A stretch of 64,000 nt of DNA, from contig NC_092670.1 of assembly GCF_964355755.1 (NCBI RefSeq), positions 22,306,795 to 22,370,794 on the forward strand. Direction: 5' to 3'. Both the position numbers and the translations under genes were made by a program. The notes under the pieces were generated by a model, which saw nothing but the letters and a program-made list of their open reading frames with translations, did not search any database and was not told the DNA's origin. Source of the stretch: Antedon mediterranea (lineage: Eukaryota; Animalia; Echinodermata). The first letter of the stretch is position 1. Every line of letters begins with the position of its first letter. Of this stretch, positions 24,914-37,621 are shown in pieces.

Positions 24914-27900
24914 ATGGACAACGAAACTAAGTCAACACTCTGGCCGCCTCCACTTGTATTGGATATTTTCACCGGTTTTCAAAAATCACAGGTTTGTTTT
25001 TTTTCCTTTTTTTTCAACATTCATTTGATTCCATCATGGCTGACGGCCCGTGACTGAATTGATGAATGGCACAGTAGTCGGTTTTCAGTTCCTCGCATAA
25101 AGTGTTTTTTGTTATAGTTTTTTTGTTAAGCAGATTATTCTCTGGGGTTACTTTTTGCAGCATACTGGCATTGGTTCTTTTCATTCTCCAAATGATGTGT
25201 ATCATTCTTTGCCAAATGTTTTTTTTTTTCTCTTTTGTGGCGCAAACACCACTTTTATTCACATTCATATTATCTCATATTAAATAAAATCGTATTATTC
25301 AACAAATTGTAAATGTCGTTACAATTCATAAGTAACATTTTTACATATATGAATTCTGTATTACTCCTTTTTTCATTAATTTTCTTATATTTTGCTATAC
25401 ACTTGACATGATCATCATTATCATCTATCCCGTTTTAAAATAGTTCACACATTTTCATTTGTTTGTTTTCATTTTACAACCTGGATTATATATGTATCAC
25501 ATTAATTCCTTTTCTGATAATCGTATCAAATTAGAAATTATGTTAGCATAATAGTATTTCTTAAAGCTACCCATTTTTCTATACTTGTTTCTTTATTGTT
25601 ATATGTTCCACATTCAATGTTATATAGCATATTGCTTTTAAATGAATTCCATAACGATTTACCCACTGGCTTATTTAGTGCTGATAACATTTTTATTCTA
25701 TAAATAGTGAATGCTGCAAAAGTGTAAATATAATCTATTAGCTTATCTCCCGTTCTAGTATTAATTGCTTAAATGATATATTATTGTGGTTTAAACTTAC
25801 AAAGATACTAAGCATTTTCCTCCAAAATTTCTGAATAAATCTACAACTAAAAAACAAATGATTTTCATTTTCAATTTCTCCACATTTGTCACACGTTTGT
25901 GTTTCCTTAAGTTTCCACTGATAAAGCCGTTTGTTGGTAGGCAGTACTCTATGTAACATCTTATAATTGAATTGTGCTAGTTTCTTATCTTTCATTTTAC
26001 ATACTTTCCGTAACCAAGATGTTTTCCAATCTATGTTGTTATCATTGAAGTATTCTTCCCATTTTAGTTATGAAATTGGAATAATGAAATATTCTTTCAC
26101 AAACCATGAGTATATTAGTTTGGTAGTATTAATCTCATCCTTATCATCACATTTGAAAATATCTACCTCCTTAATAATACGTTTCCACTGAATTGGTATT
26201 GCCTTAATAATGCACAAATACTCATTTAACCAGTTTGTTTTACATTGTAGTTTCACTAGCATTTCCTTTGATGTTAAAAAAGTGTTCTTATTAACAATGT
26301 CTTTAATACTGATAATGCCACTGTCAATCCAATGCTTGTAGAAAACCGATTTTTTTTTTTAGTTTAACGTAGTGGTTTCCCTGCAGTTGCTCATTCATTA
26401 TATCGTTATAAGTTTCAGGTTTTTAGTCGCGTGGAAGCGACTCTATAGTTCACTATGTCGGTCGGTCGGTCTGTCGGTCTGTCGGTCTGTCTGTCTGTCG
26501 GTCCGGTATCACTATGCGTTTTATCGCTTTCTGACCTTATCTTGATATCAGTTTAATCTAGCTAAGTCAATTTTTCACAGTATATTCCTTATGGCCAGGA
26601 ATCGATGTGGTTATGTTTTCACGGTGCGCAATAAAAAATTACGCGGTCTACCCACGATTTAACGAAATCACGTTTGTAATCATATCTTCACAACCATGAA
26701 TCACAATTAAATAAAATTTGGTACTCATAAATTTCAGGGCATAAATCATCATATGGCAATACAATTACGTGCGTAGCGCATGTAACGCATGCGTACGCGC
26801 GCTTAAAATTTTCCAAATTTATTTTCGATGAAATAAGAGTACGCTTCAGGCAATTTTAAGCGTTTACAAAATTGCCATGAGTGCGCAGATTTTTGCGCGC
26901 GCATTGCGCGTTAAATGTTATTGCGCACTCTTTTTGCCTGATTTCTGTTTTCTTGACTTACTTTTCAACTAGAAATTACGTTATACGAGCACGTCAAAAG
27001 TGACAGGCTACGCACGTGTAAATTAAAAAAATATAAATGTTTTTAAACATTTCAACATTTTTAAACATGTTCAGTAATTTCGGTCAGTTGGTAGGTTGGT
27101 CGGTCGGTCTGTCTGTCTGTCTGTCGGTCTGTCTGTCTGTCGGTCTGTCTGTCGGTCGGTCTGTCGGTCCGGTATCACTATGCATTGTAGCACGCGACTT
27201 AATGGCTGTTGGCCTTGTTTGTTAGAGATTCTGTTATAATTTATGTAGGCTTTTATCATATTTGTGTAAAACAGTGGAATTTTATCAGAATTAACCTCAA
27301 TAATGCTATAACATGACATATTAAGTAAAACATTAACATCACATAATTTTAGTCGCGTGGAAGCGACTCTATAGTTCACTATGTCGGTCGGTCGGTCTGT
27401 CTGTCTGTCTGTCGGTCTGTCTGTCGGTCTGTCTGTCTGTCTGTCTGTCGGTCCGGTATCACTATGCGTTTTATCGCTTTATGACCTTATCTTGATATCA
27501 GTTTAATCTAGCTAAGTCAATTTTTCACAGAATATTCCTTATGGCCAGGAATCGATGTGGTTATGTTTTCACGGTGCGCAATAAAAAATTACGCGGTCTA
27601 CGCACGATTTAACGAAATCACGTTTGTAATCATATCTTAACAACCATGAATCACAATTAAATAAAATTTGGTACTCATAAATTTCAGGGCATAAATCATC
27701 ATATGGCAATACAATTACGTGCGTAGCGCATGTAACGCATGCGTACGCGCGCTTAAAATTTTCAAAATTTATTTTCGATGAAATAAGAGTACGTTTCAGG
27801 CAATTTTAAGCGTTTACAAAATTGCCATGAGTGCGCAGATTTTTGCGCGCGCACTGCGCGTTAAATGTTATTGCGCACTCTTTTTGCCCGATTTCTGTTT

Positions 27901-30900
27901 TCTTGACTTACTTTTCAACTCGAAATTACGTTATACGAGCACGTCAAAAGTGACAGGCTACGCACGTGTAAATTAAACAAATATAAATGTTTTTAAACAT
28001 TTCAACATTTTTAAACATGTTCAGTAATTTCGGTCAGTATAGTTCACTATGTCGGTCGGTCCGTCTGTCTGTCGGTCTGTCTGTCTGTCGGTCTGTCTGT
28101 CTGTCGGTCTGTTTGTCTGTCGGTCCGGTATCACTATGCATTGTAGCACGCGACTTAATGGCTGTTGGCCTTGTTTTAATATAATACATTGGAATATTTT
28201 TCCATTTAGCACCATCATCATTAATAATTCTTTTTAACCAGCCACACATGAGTGCGCTAACATGAAGAGTAAAATCAGGCATTTTAATGCCTCCGATCTC
28301 ATCATCACCAATTAGAGTTTTTCTTTTTATCTTTTCCCTTTTATTTTTCCAAATAAAATTATATATTAGATTGTAACTTGTGTATATACATATTTTGGAA
28401 CATCAGTGATATTTGCAGCATATGTTAATTAAGATAGTGCAAGACTTTTCAGGATTATTATTCTACCAAAAATTAAGAGATTTCTAGCATTACATTGTTT
28501 TAAAGTCCTTTATAGCTCTATTAATTTAACATCCCAGTTTTTTCTGGTACATTCTTCTGTATTATACCCTACATATATCCCTAAAATGTTGATCGGGTGT
28601 TTTACCCAATTTAATTTTAAAGGCCTATCTATTCTGTTCTTCCATTTACCAATCCAAAAAGCATTGTTTTTTTTTTATTTAGTGTCATTCGAGATACCTC
28701 ACAAAAAAGTTCAATTAAACTGACTGCTGTCTTAATACTTTTGTCATTACCAACATACAAAACAGTATCATCGGCTAATTGGCTTATTCTAGCTTCTATG
28801 TTATTTTCATTATTTGGAAGTTTAATACCCTTATAATCATCTTTGTTTCTTATTCTAGATGCCATTACTTCGACCACTAAAATAAATAACAGAGCAGATA
28901 GAGGACAACCTTGTCTAATACCTCTTTCCATTAAAATTGTTTGAAACCCAACCATTGTTAACTGTGACACATTCGACGTTATTATATAATACTTTTACCC
29001 AGTTACAAAAGAACAATCCAAAGCTAAACTTTTCTAGAACATTGAACATAAAATCTCTACTAATAGAATCAAAAGCCTTCTTAAAATCTAAGGTAATTAT
29101 TGCCCCTTCGATATCATTACATTCTGTATAATAAAGCAGGTCTTCTATTAACCGAATGTTTTCACCGGCGAAACGGCCTTTTATATATATAGCCTTTTTG
29201 GTCTTAACTTACTATTGATTTAATAACCATTTTAAGTCTGTTGCTTAATAAATAGGCAAGAATTTTGTAAACGGTGTTTAAAAGGGTAATGGGACGCCAA
29301 TTATTCATATTTTCTCTTTCTCCATCCTTGAACAAAAGGGTGATTACACCTCGTTTTTGCGAAATGATAATTCTTGAGAATTAAAACTTTCATTTAACGC
29401 ATCGCAAATTAAATGTTTAATATTATTCCAAAAGAACACATAAAATTCAACACTTAGACCATCCGATCCTGGTGTTTTATTTTTTCCATCATTGAAATGG
29501 CCTTTTTCCATTCATCAATAGTGACGTAACCTTCACAATTTTCTTTTTCTATTTCTGAAACCTTGTTTATATTAGATTTTCAAAGGTATTTCTTAATTTT
29601 TCCAGAGTTTATAACATTTTTTGCGTACAAACCTTCGAAATGTTGTATTTGTTCTTTTAAAATATCAATTGGGCTCGTTGCTAAGCTCCCATCTTTTGTA
29701 ATTAAACTTTTTATGTATTTCTTTTTAATTTTGGATTTTTCTAGCCCAAGAAAGTATTTTGTATTCCGCTCGCCTTCCTCGATCCATTTTACTGTGAACC
29801 TAATTTGCGCGCCTTTTGCTTCTACATTATCTATAGATGTTTTCAAGCTCTTTTTTTTTTTTCAATTTTATTTTCAATGGTTATGTCACAATTTTGAGTA
29901 TTCAAAATTGTTTCATGTTTCATTTAAGTTTTTTATTTGTTCTTGTAATTTTTCTTTCTTTTTATTCTGGTTTTTATTTTTTTGTTTTTCGTATGCAATT
30001 GAAAATTCTTTTATTTTTGTTTTTACAAGCTCCCATAACAAACTTGCACTTACAGATTCTCTATTGTTTTTTAGTATTGAAACATCAATTATTTTAATTA
30101 CTAATTTTGTAAATGTTTCAACTTTCAGAAAGCTAATGTTGAACATCCATAAACCAGGACCGCGTATTTTTTCATGCAAATCGATTTTAATTGATACCGC
30201 CTGGTGATCAGTGAGAATAGCTGGACGAATGTCACAGGCTAGAACATCTCCATTTGAAAAGAGATCTTCTGATATTAACCAGTAATCCAGCCTACGGAAA
30301 ATGTTGTTAAATTTCTTACGCCACGTAAATTGTCGCTTATTCATGTTTTTGGATCTCCAAATATCATTTAAATTTAAATTTTTCATTAGGTTTTTAATCG
30401 TAAAAACAGATTTATCAGACCTATTTGCGCTACCTTTTTGGTCAAAGAACGCACTTCTATTTTTGCTTTCATTAGGAGCATAACTATTTATAATGTCTAA
30501 TTCCTTTTCATTTATCATTAAATTAAGAAATATATATCTTCCATCAATATCAGTTAATTTTTTAACAATTTTGCATTCAAGACCTTTTCGTAATAGTATC
30601 GACACTCCTTTACTATGTGAATTACCTAGATGGGTTCCCTGAAGCAGACATATATCCGCTTTTTGATCTTTTACCCATTGGAATAGATTATGTTGCTTAT
30701 TTATATATCTAGCTCCTCTAACGTTTAGTGTTATACAATGTAAATTCATAAGATTAGAGTAAAGAGCTTCACAAGGAAATTACAATATTTAGAATACATA
30801 TTATTAAGATTAAATTACTTGTTTTTGTTTCTCTTTCTTAAACTTCTTTTTTTCAATACTCTTTGTTTTTAATCGCGTGGAGGACGCCACTCTATAGTTC

Positions 30901-33900
30901 ACTATGTCGTTCGGTCGGTCTGTCGGTCTGTCTGTCGGTCCGGTATCACTATGCGTTTTAGCACGTGACTTATGGCTGTTGGCCTTGTTTCTTCTGTCCT
31001 ACCTTCATTTTCGGACTGTTCCTTCAGATCTCTCGCTGCTTTCTTGTTTGTGCTAACACTTTTACTTTTTTGCATACTTTTTTCAAAGTAGTCAGTTACC
31101 TTCTTCTGTTCATGCTCCTCTCTTTCCCCAACTTCCTACTCCTCTCTTTCCTCAGCTTTCTGGTCCTTTCTTTCCGCTACTTCTTGTTCCTCTCTTTCTT
31201 CAACTTCCTGCTCCTCTCCTTCGTCCACTTCCTGCTCCTATCTCTGCTCCTCTCTTTCGTCATCTTCCTGCTCATTTGTTTGTTTGTTTTATCTTTATAC
31301 TGGGTGACCTCTTCAGTCAAAGACTGATCTCCCAGAGGGCCCAGTTGGTGATCAGCATGGCTGTGATGTACTAATACACCGGTGTAACCCCTTACTTGTC
31401 TCGAAAGATGTACTATTAGGTTCTTTAAAGTGCACACGAGCAAGTTGTGTACACTGGACCTACGGTTTATAGTCCTTATCCGAGAAGACTCGTTCTACCA
31501 CCAGAACCATGGAGTGAGTGAGCCTCCTCGAACCCCTGCCGATGTTATGGCTACGTGATTACGGTTCCACTGTCTTAACCGCTCGGCCACTCACTCATTT
31601 TGGTTTGTGTGTTTTTCTATAGTGATCTCACTTGTTTCTTTCTGCGCATTTTCATCATCTAATGATTCACTACTTTCATCAATATACTAAAAACTTCATC
31701 ATGTGTTTCTGTATCAGATTGTACCGTAACTACCGTAGTGGTAGTGGTAGTGGTTATCGTTAGTATTATTATTTTTGGGGTTTTCAAAGTTAAATACCGA
31801 TTCCCAAACTTTATTAATGTATGCACCAGGTGAACCAGATGATGATACATTATGCGCTTCAACATTACATCTGTCCTTGTATGCCCTGGTAAATGACACT
31901 TGAAGCTGATTATATCAGATTTGCATTGAAAGCTAAATGCCCAATCTTTGTACATTTGTTGCATCTCACTTCCTGACCGTCATGAAAAGCCTGTGCTCTA
32001 AAACCATTTATTATTATCTGTCTTGGTATTGGCGATTTTAGCTTTTCTACAACAATAGCTCTGTCACCGTTTTGCCAGCTGGTTAATTGACCATTAACTC
32101 TTATTTTTAGCCTTGTAACATCTCCCATTGGTTTGCATCCTAACGCTTTCAACTTGCTAGCAATCTCTACGTCAGCAACCGATAATGGTATATCCTTTAT
32201 GACTATTCTCGTTGTTTCAGTGTTGTTGTATGCCAAATAAGGATTTTTATCATAAATTGTAATATGACAATTCCTAATGTTTAGTCCATTCGTAATTAGT
32301 TTCACTCTATCATTTCTATTATTTAGATAAATTCGCCATAGGTTCCGTATTTTTTGAACACCGATTATACTTTCAGCAGCGATTATTTTTAGTAGGGCTA
32401 TACATAGGTCTTCATCTTTAAAAAAGCTTTTTCCTGTTGGTATTTGATCAGCCTTCAAAAAGACTGGCTTCACTACACATATGCTATTTGTTTACTGTTT
32501 GTCCGTTCATCCTGTTGATTTCTTCACCGCCAGCCTGTGCAGCACGGTACATTCCTCTGTTAGTCCCGTTTCTATGGGCTTTTGACGCCATTGTTTGGCT
32601 TTCACCGGGCTTAGACGTGAACGATATACAAACTGTTTTTTCCTAATATTCACTGTGCTATACTCACTTAGAAATCAATCGAGATTTAGAAAACGTCAAA
32701 TTTTACCTATATTTCAGGAGCTGTAATAAACTATACATTGGTTAAGTAAAATCACAGCGCCCTCCAAATGTTATATCAAACAAGGCCATATAGATGGCTA
32801 CAGTCGCGTGCTTAGTGTTTACCGATCGACCGACCAACCTACCAACTGACCGAAATTACTTACATTTAAAAATGATGAAATGTTTAAAAACAGTTATATT
32901 TTTTTTAATTTACACGTGCGTAGCCTGTCACTTTTGACGTGCTCGTATAACGTAATTTCGAGTTGAAAAGTAAGTCAAGAAAACATAAATCGGGCAAAAA
33001 GAGTGCGCAATAACATTTAACGCGCAGTGCGCGCGCAAAAATCTGCGCACTCATGGCAATTTTGTAAACGCTTAAAATTGCCTGAAACGTACTCTTATTT
33101 CATCGAAAATAAATTTTGAAAATTTTAAGCGCGCGTACGCATGCGTTACATGCGCTACGCACGTAATTGTATTGTCATATGATGATTTATGCCCTGAAAT
33201 TTATGAGTACCGACCGACCGACATAGTGAACTATAGAGTCACGTCCACGCGACTAAAAATGTCATTATTTGTTTAAGCAAATGTAATCCTTCCCCATGGA
33301 CTGAATTGTATATTTTATTGAATATAACCAACATTAGGATTACATACATAAATGTAGGCTATACTAAGGCCAAATAGACAAACAAAAAAACTTCCTCCTC
33401 GTTATTTTAAAATAAAAAGAAAGATCAACAAGGGTTTTTTCATAAGGCTGAATTCCATCACAATGTTTTTTTTAATATTCTTTAATATTCGACTTAAATT
33501 TATTTTAGGCGTTGTTTGTGACAACTGAACTGCAATTGTATGATCTTCTTGCGATTCATCAAAATGGAATGACAGCCAATGAAATAGCCAGCAAGAAGAA
33601 ACTCAATCTGGACGCAACAGAAAGAATTCTTGATTACGCTACTGGATTAAAACTTATTAAAAAAGATTTTAAATCTGAATCAAAAACTGGTTAGTAAACG
33701 TATACATACAACATACCTGTATGAGGCTTGCCTATTCGGGTTAACTCACCAAAGAATAATATTGTATCGCCGAAATCAAATCATGGTGTACACATAACAT
33801 GTTTGTACTAAACGATGCCAAGACTGAATTGATTCATTTCACTTCTCGCTATAGACCTTCATACTGGATACCCTCTGTTAAAATCGGTAACTCTTTGATT

Positions 33901-36900
33901 ACCCCATCACCTACCGCTCGAAACCTTGGAGTTACCTTAGATTCTGTCTTCAATTTGTCTGCTCATGTTGACAAAGTGTGCAAATCTGCAATGAATTCTG
34001 TCCGCAAGATTGGACATGTTCGAAAGTATTTAGACCCTAAATCGACAGAAATATTGGTCCATGCATTTGTTTGATCCAGGCTAGACTCTTGCAACTCTCT
34101 TCTTTGCGGGCTTCCTGCTAAAACTATCGATAAGGTTCAGCGTGTTCAGAACATTGCTGCCCGTCTGGTTCTTCGCATTCCAACATGTCAAAACATAACA
34201 CCAGTATTGCAACATCTCCATTGATTGCCAGTTGAGAAGAGAATAATGTTTAAAATTCTTCTCATTACTTTCAAATCACTTCATAACAAGGCTCCAACTT
34301 TTCTATCTGATATCATTTATCCTTACAAGCCAAAACGAACTCTGAGGTCATCATCTGAGGTTTTACTCAGGCCTATACCTACACGGCCTTCAACAAAATG
34401 TTATGGACAACGTGCCTTTTCGTGGTCACCTGCTGTTCTCTGGAACGCCCTTCCAAATTATATCAGGAATGCTGAATCACTCACCACATTCAAACAACTC
34501 CTGAAATCCCACCTTTTTAATTTGCATTTTCTTTAGTTTTTGCTCTTCTTTTTCTGTCGATTGTTCGTCCTGCATTTTGCGCTATAGTAAATTGAACCTT
34601 ATTATTATTATTATTATTGTGTAAAGGGTGGGGTAATTAACGTACGCCGTATATGTTATATCAAAACATGTCATTGTTTCTTGATATTTAATATAGCAAT
34701 TTACAGCAATTATCCCGAAATTGCAGAAGTTCTCCAATCAAGTAAGCCTAATAATATGGTAGCGGCTATTAAGTATGCTTCACGTATCCAGTACCCATTG
34801 TACCAGCATTTGATTACAATGATCAAGAGCGGCAAAAACACCGAAACTTACAAAAAAGCATTTGGTTTTGAGGTAAGAAATATATTGTGTTTCACACCTA
34901 CACTTTTATCTCAATGACTTGCGATAGTCCGTTAAGATATGTATCTAGTAATAGTTGCAGAATCGGTTGTATTTTCTTATTTGAGAGGGAGACACTGTGA
35001 ATGAAGCATTATTATTATTATTGATGTGTTGAAAACACAGTAAAACAGAAATATTGAATGTCCACCTATGTTACCTACCAAGCTACTAATACAGTAAGCA
35101 TGATTTTCTTTTCTATTTTAGGTGACCACGGAGATATGCGAACATCTTTATGAATTTGATAAAGATTATTCAGAAACTTTCCTACAGTTTATGCACCAGT
35201 TATCTTCAATTACATCTCCAGGAGTGGCAAAAGCTTTTGACCTTTCACCTTTCTGTGAAATATGCGATTTAGGAGGTAGGAGCTTTTCCATATCCAAACC
35301 GTTTGGATGTTAATTTAAATTTTAGCACTACGTTCAAAGCACCATTTTCTCCTTTATATACAGGTGGTTCCGGTGCATTAGCATACGCTTTAGCCTCTGA
35401 ATATCCAGACGCGACGGTCACAGTGTTTGACTTGGCTACTGCTGTAGAAGCGGCACAGAAAATAACACCTGACAAAACTGAAAGACAAAAGGTCAAGTTT
35501 GTTTCTGGAGATTTCTTTCAAGATGAATTTCCTCCAGCTAGCTTGTATACTTTTGCCAGAACTATTCAAGATTGGCCAGATGAGAAAGTACACCAACTGC
35601 TGGACAAGACCTTTAAATCTTTGGAATCTGGTAATTATTAAGCAGGCTTTCTATAAATTAATATATAGTTTGTTTTTTTTTCTCTTTTGTGGCGCAATTT
35701 CCACTTTTATTCACCTTCATATTATCTCATATTACATAAAATCGTATTATTTAACTTGTAAATGTCGTTACAGTTCATAAGTAACATTTTTACATATATG
35801 ATTTCTGTATTACTCCCTTTTTCATTAATTTTCTTATATTTTGCTATACACTTGACAGGATCATCATTATCATCTATCCCGTTTTAAAATAGTTTACACA
35901 TTTTCATTTGTTTGTTTTTAAAAAACTAGCACCATTTGCATTGCAGATTTGTTTTCACTTTTGTTGTGTAACATAAACTGAATATATTTAAAATTAATTC
36001 ATGCAATATAATTATGCTACATTGTATGGTAAAATAAATATAATAAAACACATTTAAATCAAACTTACGGCAGTCATATCAACTACATTAGATTTAAAGA
36101 CCACCCATGGATTTTGACAAAACGGTTTTTTTAATTCATTATATATTTTTATTTTGTAAATAGAATAGGTAGCGATGGTATATAATTGTTTTTTTGTACA
36201 ATTTCCACTGCCAAGAATGAGCTCTTTAAAAGAGCTTTTACTACCATCAATATTTTAAAAAATTGTATCTATATTTCTCCATAAATTCTTGTTACCTGGA
36301 CATTCAAAGAACATGTGTTTTTCATCGTCAAAGGCATCACAATTATTGCATTTACTAGTACTCTTAATATTCCACATATATAATCGACTATTGGTAGGAA
36401 TAGTTCGATTCAACTCAATTCAATTAATATATAGTTATGCATTTATTATTGATTTTCTAACAGCACCGTACATTTGTCCACATGAAATAGAAATTTCGAA
36501 AAGGCCTCGTAAATTTTGTTCTTTCGACGCTACAAAACACATTATCGTGGCGGGTGCTGTATATACTGGAGAGTGATGGTGTAATGGTAATATCGGACTA
36601 GCATGTGATAGGCATGGGTTCGAGGTTATCTGTACCATACTAGTTGCATCCTTAGGCAAGATGCTTTACTCTCATTGCCTAATCTGGTAGGCGCTGCACT
36701 GCTGGCTGCCGTGGGTCCGTGGAGGGCCTAATCCGAATTTCCTCACTGAGGACAAATATTAATACAAAATACAAATATAAATACAAATCAACGCTTGGAC
36801 AATTTTTGGCCAAACCGAGCCTAATTTGCATAATTATTAATTAACCACCTATTATTTTGAAAACCGCTTAGAGAATTAATTTTGGTTTAAAATATTCAGA

Positions 36901-37183
36901 ATATAAGTTTTATTTTTTAACACTGATTAACATGTTATCTACGTTATTTTTCTTTTAAACAGGTGGTGCTATTTTGATAGCAGAACTTCTAATGAACGAA
37001 ACTAAAACTGGTCCTCTATACCCACTTGGCGCCAACGTTCAGATGATGATTGAACGATCTGGAAGACAAAGAACTGAGACAGAGTACCGTCTATTATTGG
37101 AAAAACATGGATTTGTTGATTTTGAATGCAAATTTGTTGAGGGATACAGCAGCTACCATGCTATAATAGCTAAAAAACCTTAG
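24914..37183 (+). CDS. ASMT/HIOMT-like SAM-dependent methyltransferase copy 2, about 358 aa, RTIQDW variant
   Basis: Exons 24914-24991, 33509-33689, 34697-34872, 35122-35275, 35364-35630, 36963-37183 give an open frame with the same exon sizes as the paralogs (exon 1 has one extra codon). Confidence 0.88.
26420..27220. mobile_element. HINE/DINE-1-like element with (CTGT/CGGT)n microsatellites, nested in L1
   Basis: Subterminal AGTCGCGTG / CACGCGACT, terminal hairpin AGTCGC-GTGGAA-GCGACT, T-run flanks. Near-identical to 27347-28177. Confidence 0.8.
27347..28177. mobile_element. HINE/DINE-1-like element, second copy nested in L1
   Basis: Same termini and body as 26420-27220, separated from it by about 125 bp of L1 ORF2. 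Confidence 0.8.
30866..30990. mobile_element. Internally deleted copy of the same HINE family
   Basis: Both termini joined through one microsatellite block. Confidence 0.75.
31318..31598 (-). mobile_element. tRNA-derived SINE with Deu-like central domain
   Basis: A box TGGCCGAGCGG, B box GGTTCGAG, then GTCTTCTCGGATAAGGACTATAAACCGTAGGTCC...CACTTTAAAGAACC. Confidence 0.75.
32778..33259. mobile_element. Inverted, deleted copy of the HINE family
   Basis: Reverse complement of the 26420-27220 termini and part of its body. Confidence 0.8.
33760..34620 (+). mobile_element. 5'-truncated L2-clade LINE in intron 2 of copy 2
   Basis: [52 protein letters not shown], (TTA)n tail, internal stops. Confidence 0.9.
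35670..35920 (-). mobile_element. Short 3' UTR fragment of the same L1 family
   Basis: Closely matches 25219-25470. Confidence 0.8.
36568..36790 (+). mobile_element. tRNA-derived SINE
   Basis: TGGTGTAATGG and GGTTCGAG boxes, core TCCTTAGGCAAGATGCTTTACTC, AATACAA-type tail. Confidence 0.65.
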
Positions 37184-37621
37184 ACACTGTTAGTATTTGG
37201 TTGGTAAATAAAGCGACCTTTTTGTCAGGGTCACATTTTTAGCAGTAGAATGTTTGTTATAGGTTAACGTGTGCCTCTTACAGGGTTGAGGCTTATAGTA
37301 TATTTGGTAGTGTTGCTAAATAAAAAATAACTTACAAAAGAAAAGAAGAATATTCACTTTATGTTTTTTGCAAGCTGATTTGGTCAGTTAGGAATTAAGT
37401 GACTTGTCTTTTAGCGTGACTACGCATACGACGCGCGTATTGGACAAAAATGTCATTACTTCACAAGGAGTAACATCCTACTTATAAGTTACTACTTAAG
37501 GATTTTACCCTGTTTTAAAATCGCGTCTCGGTGTTAGTTATACTGCTGGTACCTTTATAATTAATACAAGCTTGTATAATTCATAAGTTTTTGTAGAGAG
37601 GCCGAACTGACACTATTAGCG

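Larger units (their letters stand above)
25219..32720 (-). mobile_element. Long decayed L1/Tx1-clade retrotransposon in intron 1 of methyltransferase copy 2
   Basis: ORF1 with zinc-knuckle CNKCTKIGH (about 31910-32473), APE endonuclease (TLNVRG, YAPN, RLDYWL, TDH; 29913-30749), RT ([24 protein letters not shown]), C-terminal CxxC/HLFFSC, AATAAA and A-tail near 25220-25260. Many frameshifts. Boundaries approximate. Confidence 0.92.

Noticed and set aside
27037-28282. ORFs with RQTD or SVCL repeats
   Set aside because: Translations of (CTGT/CGGT)n microsatellites in HINE elements.
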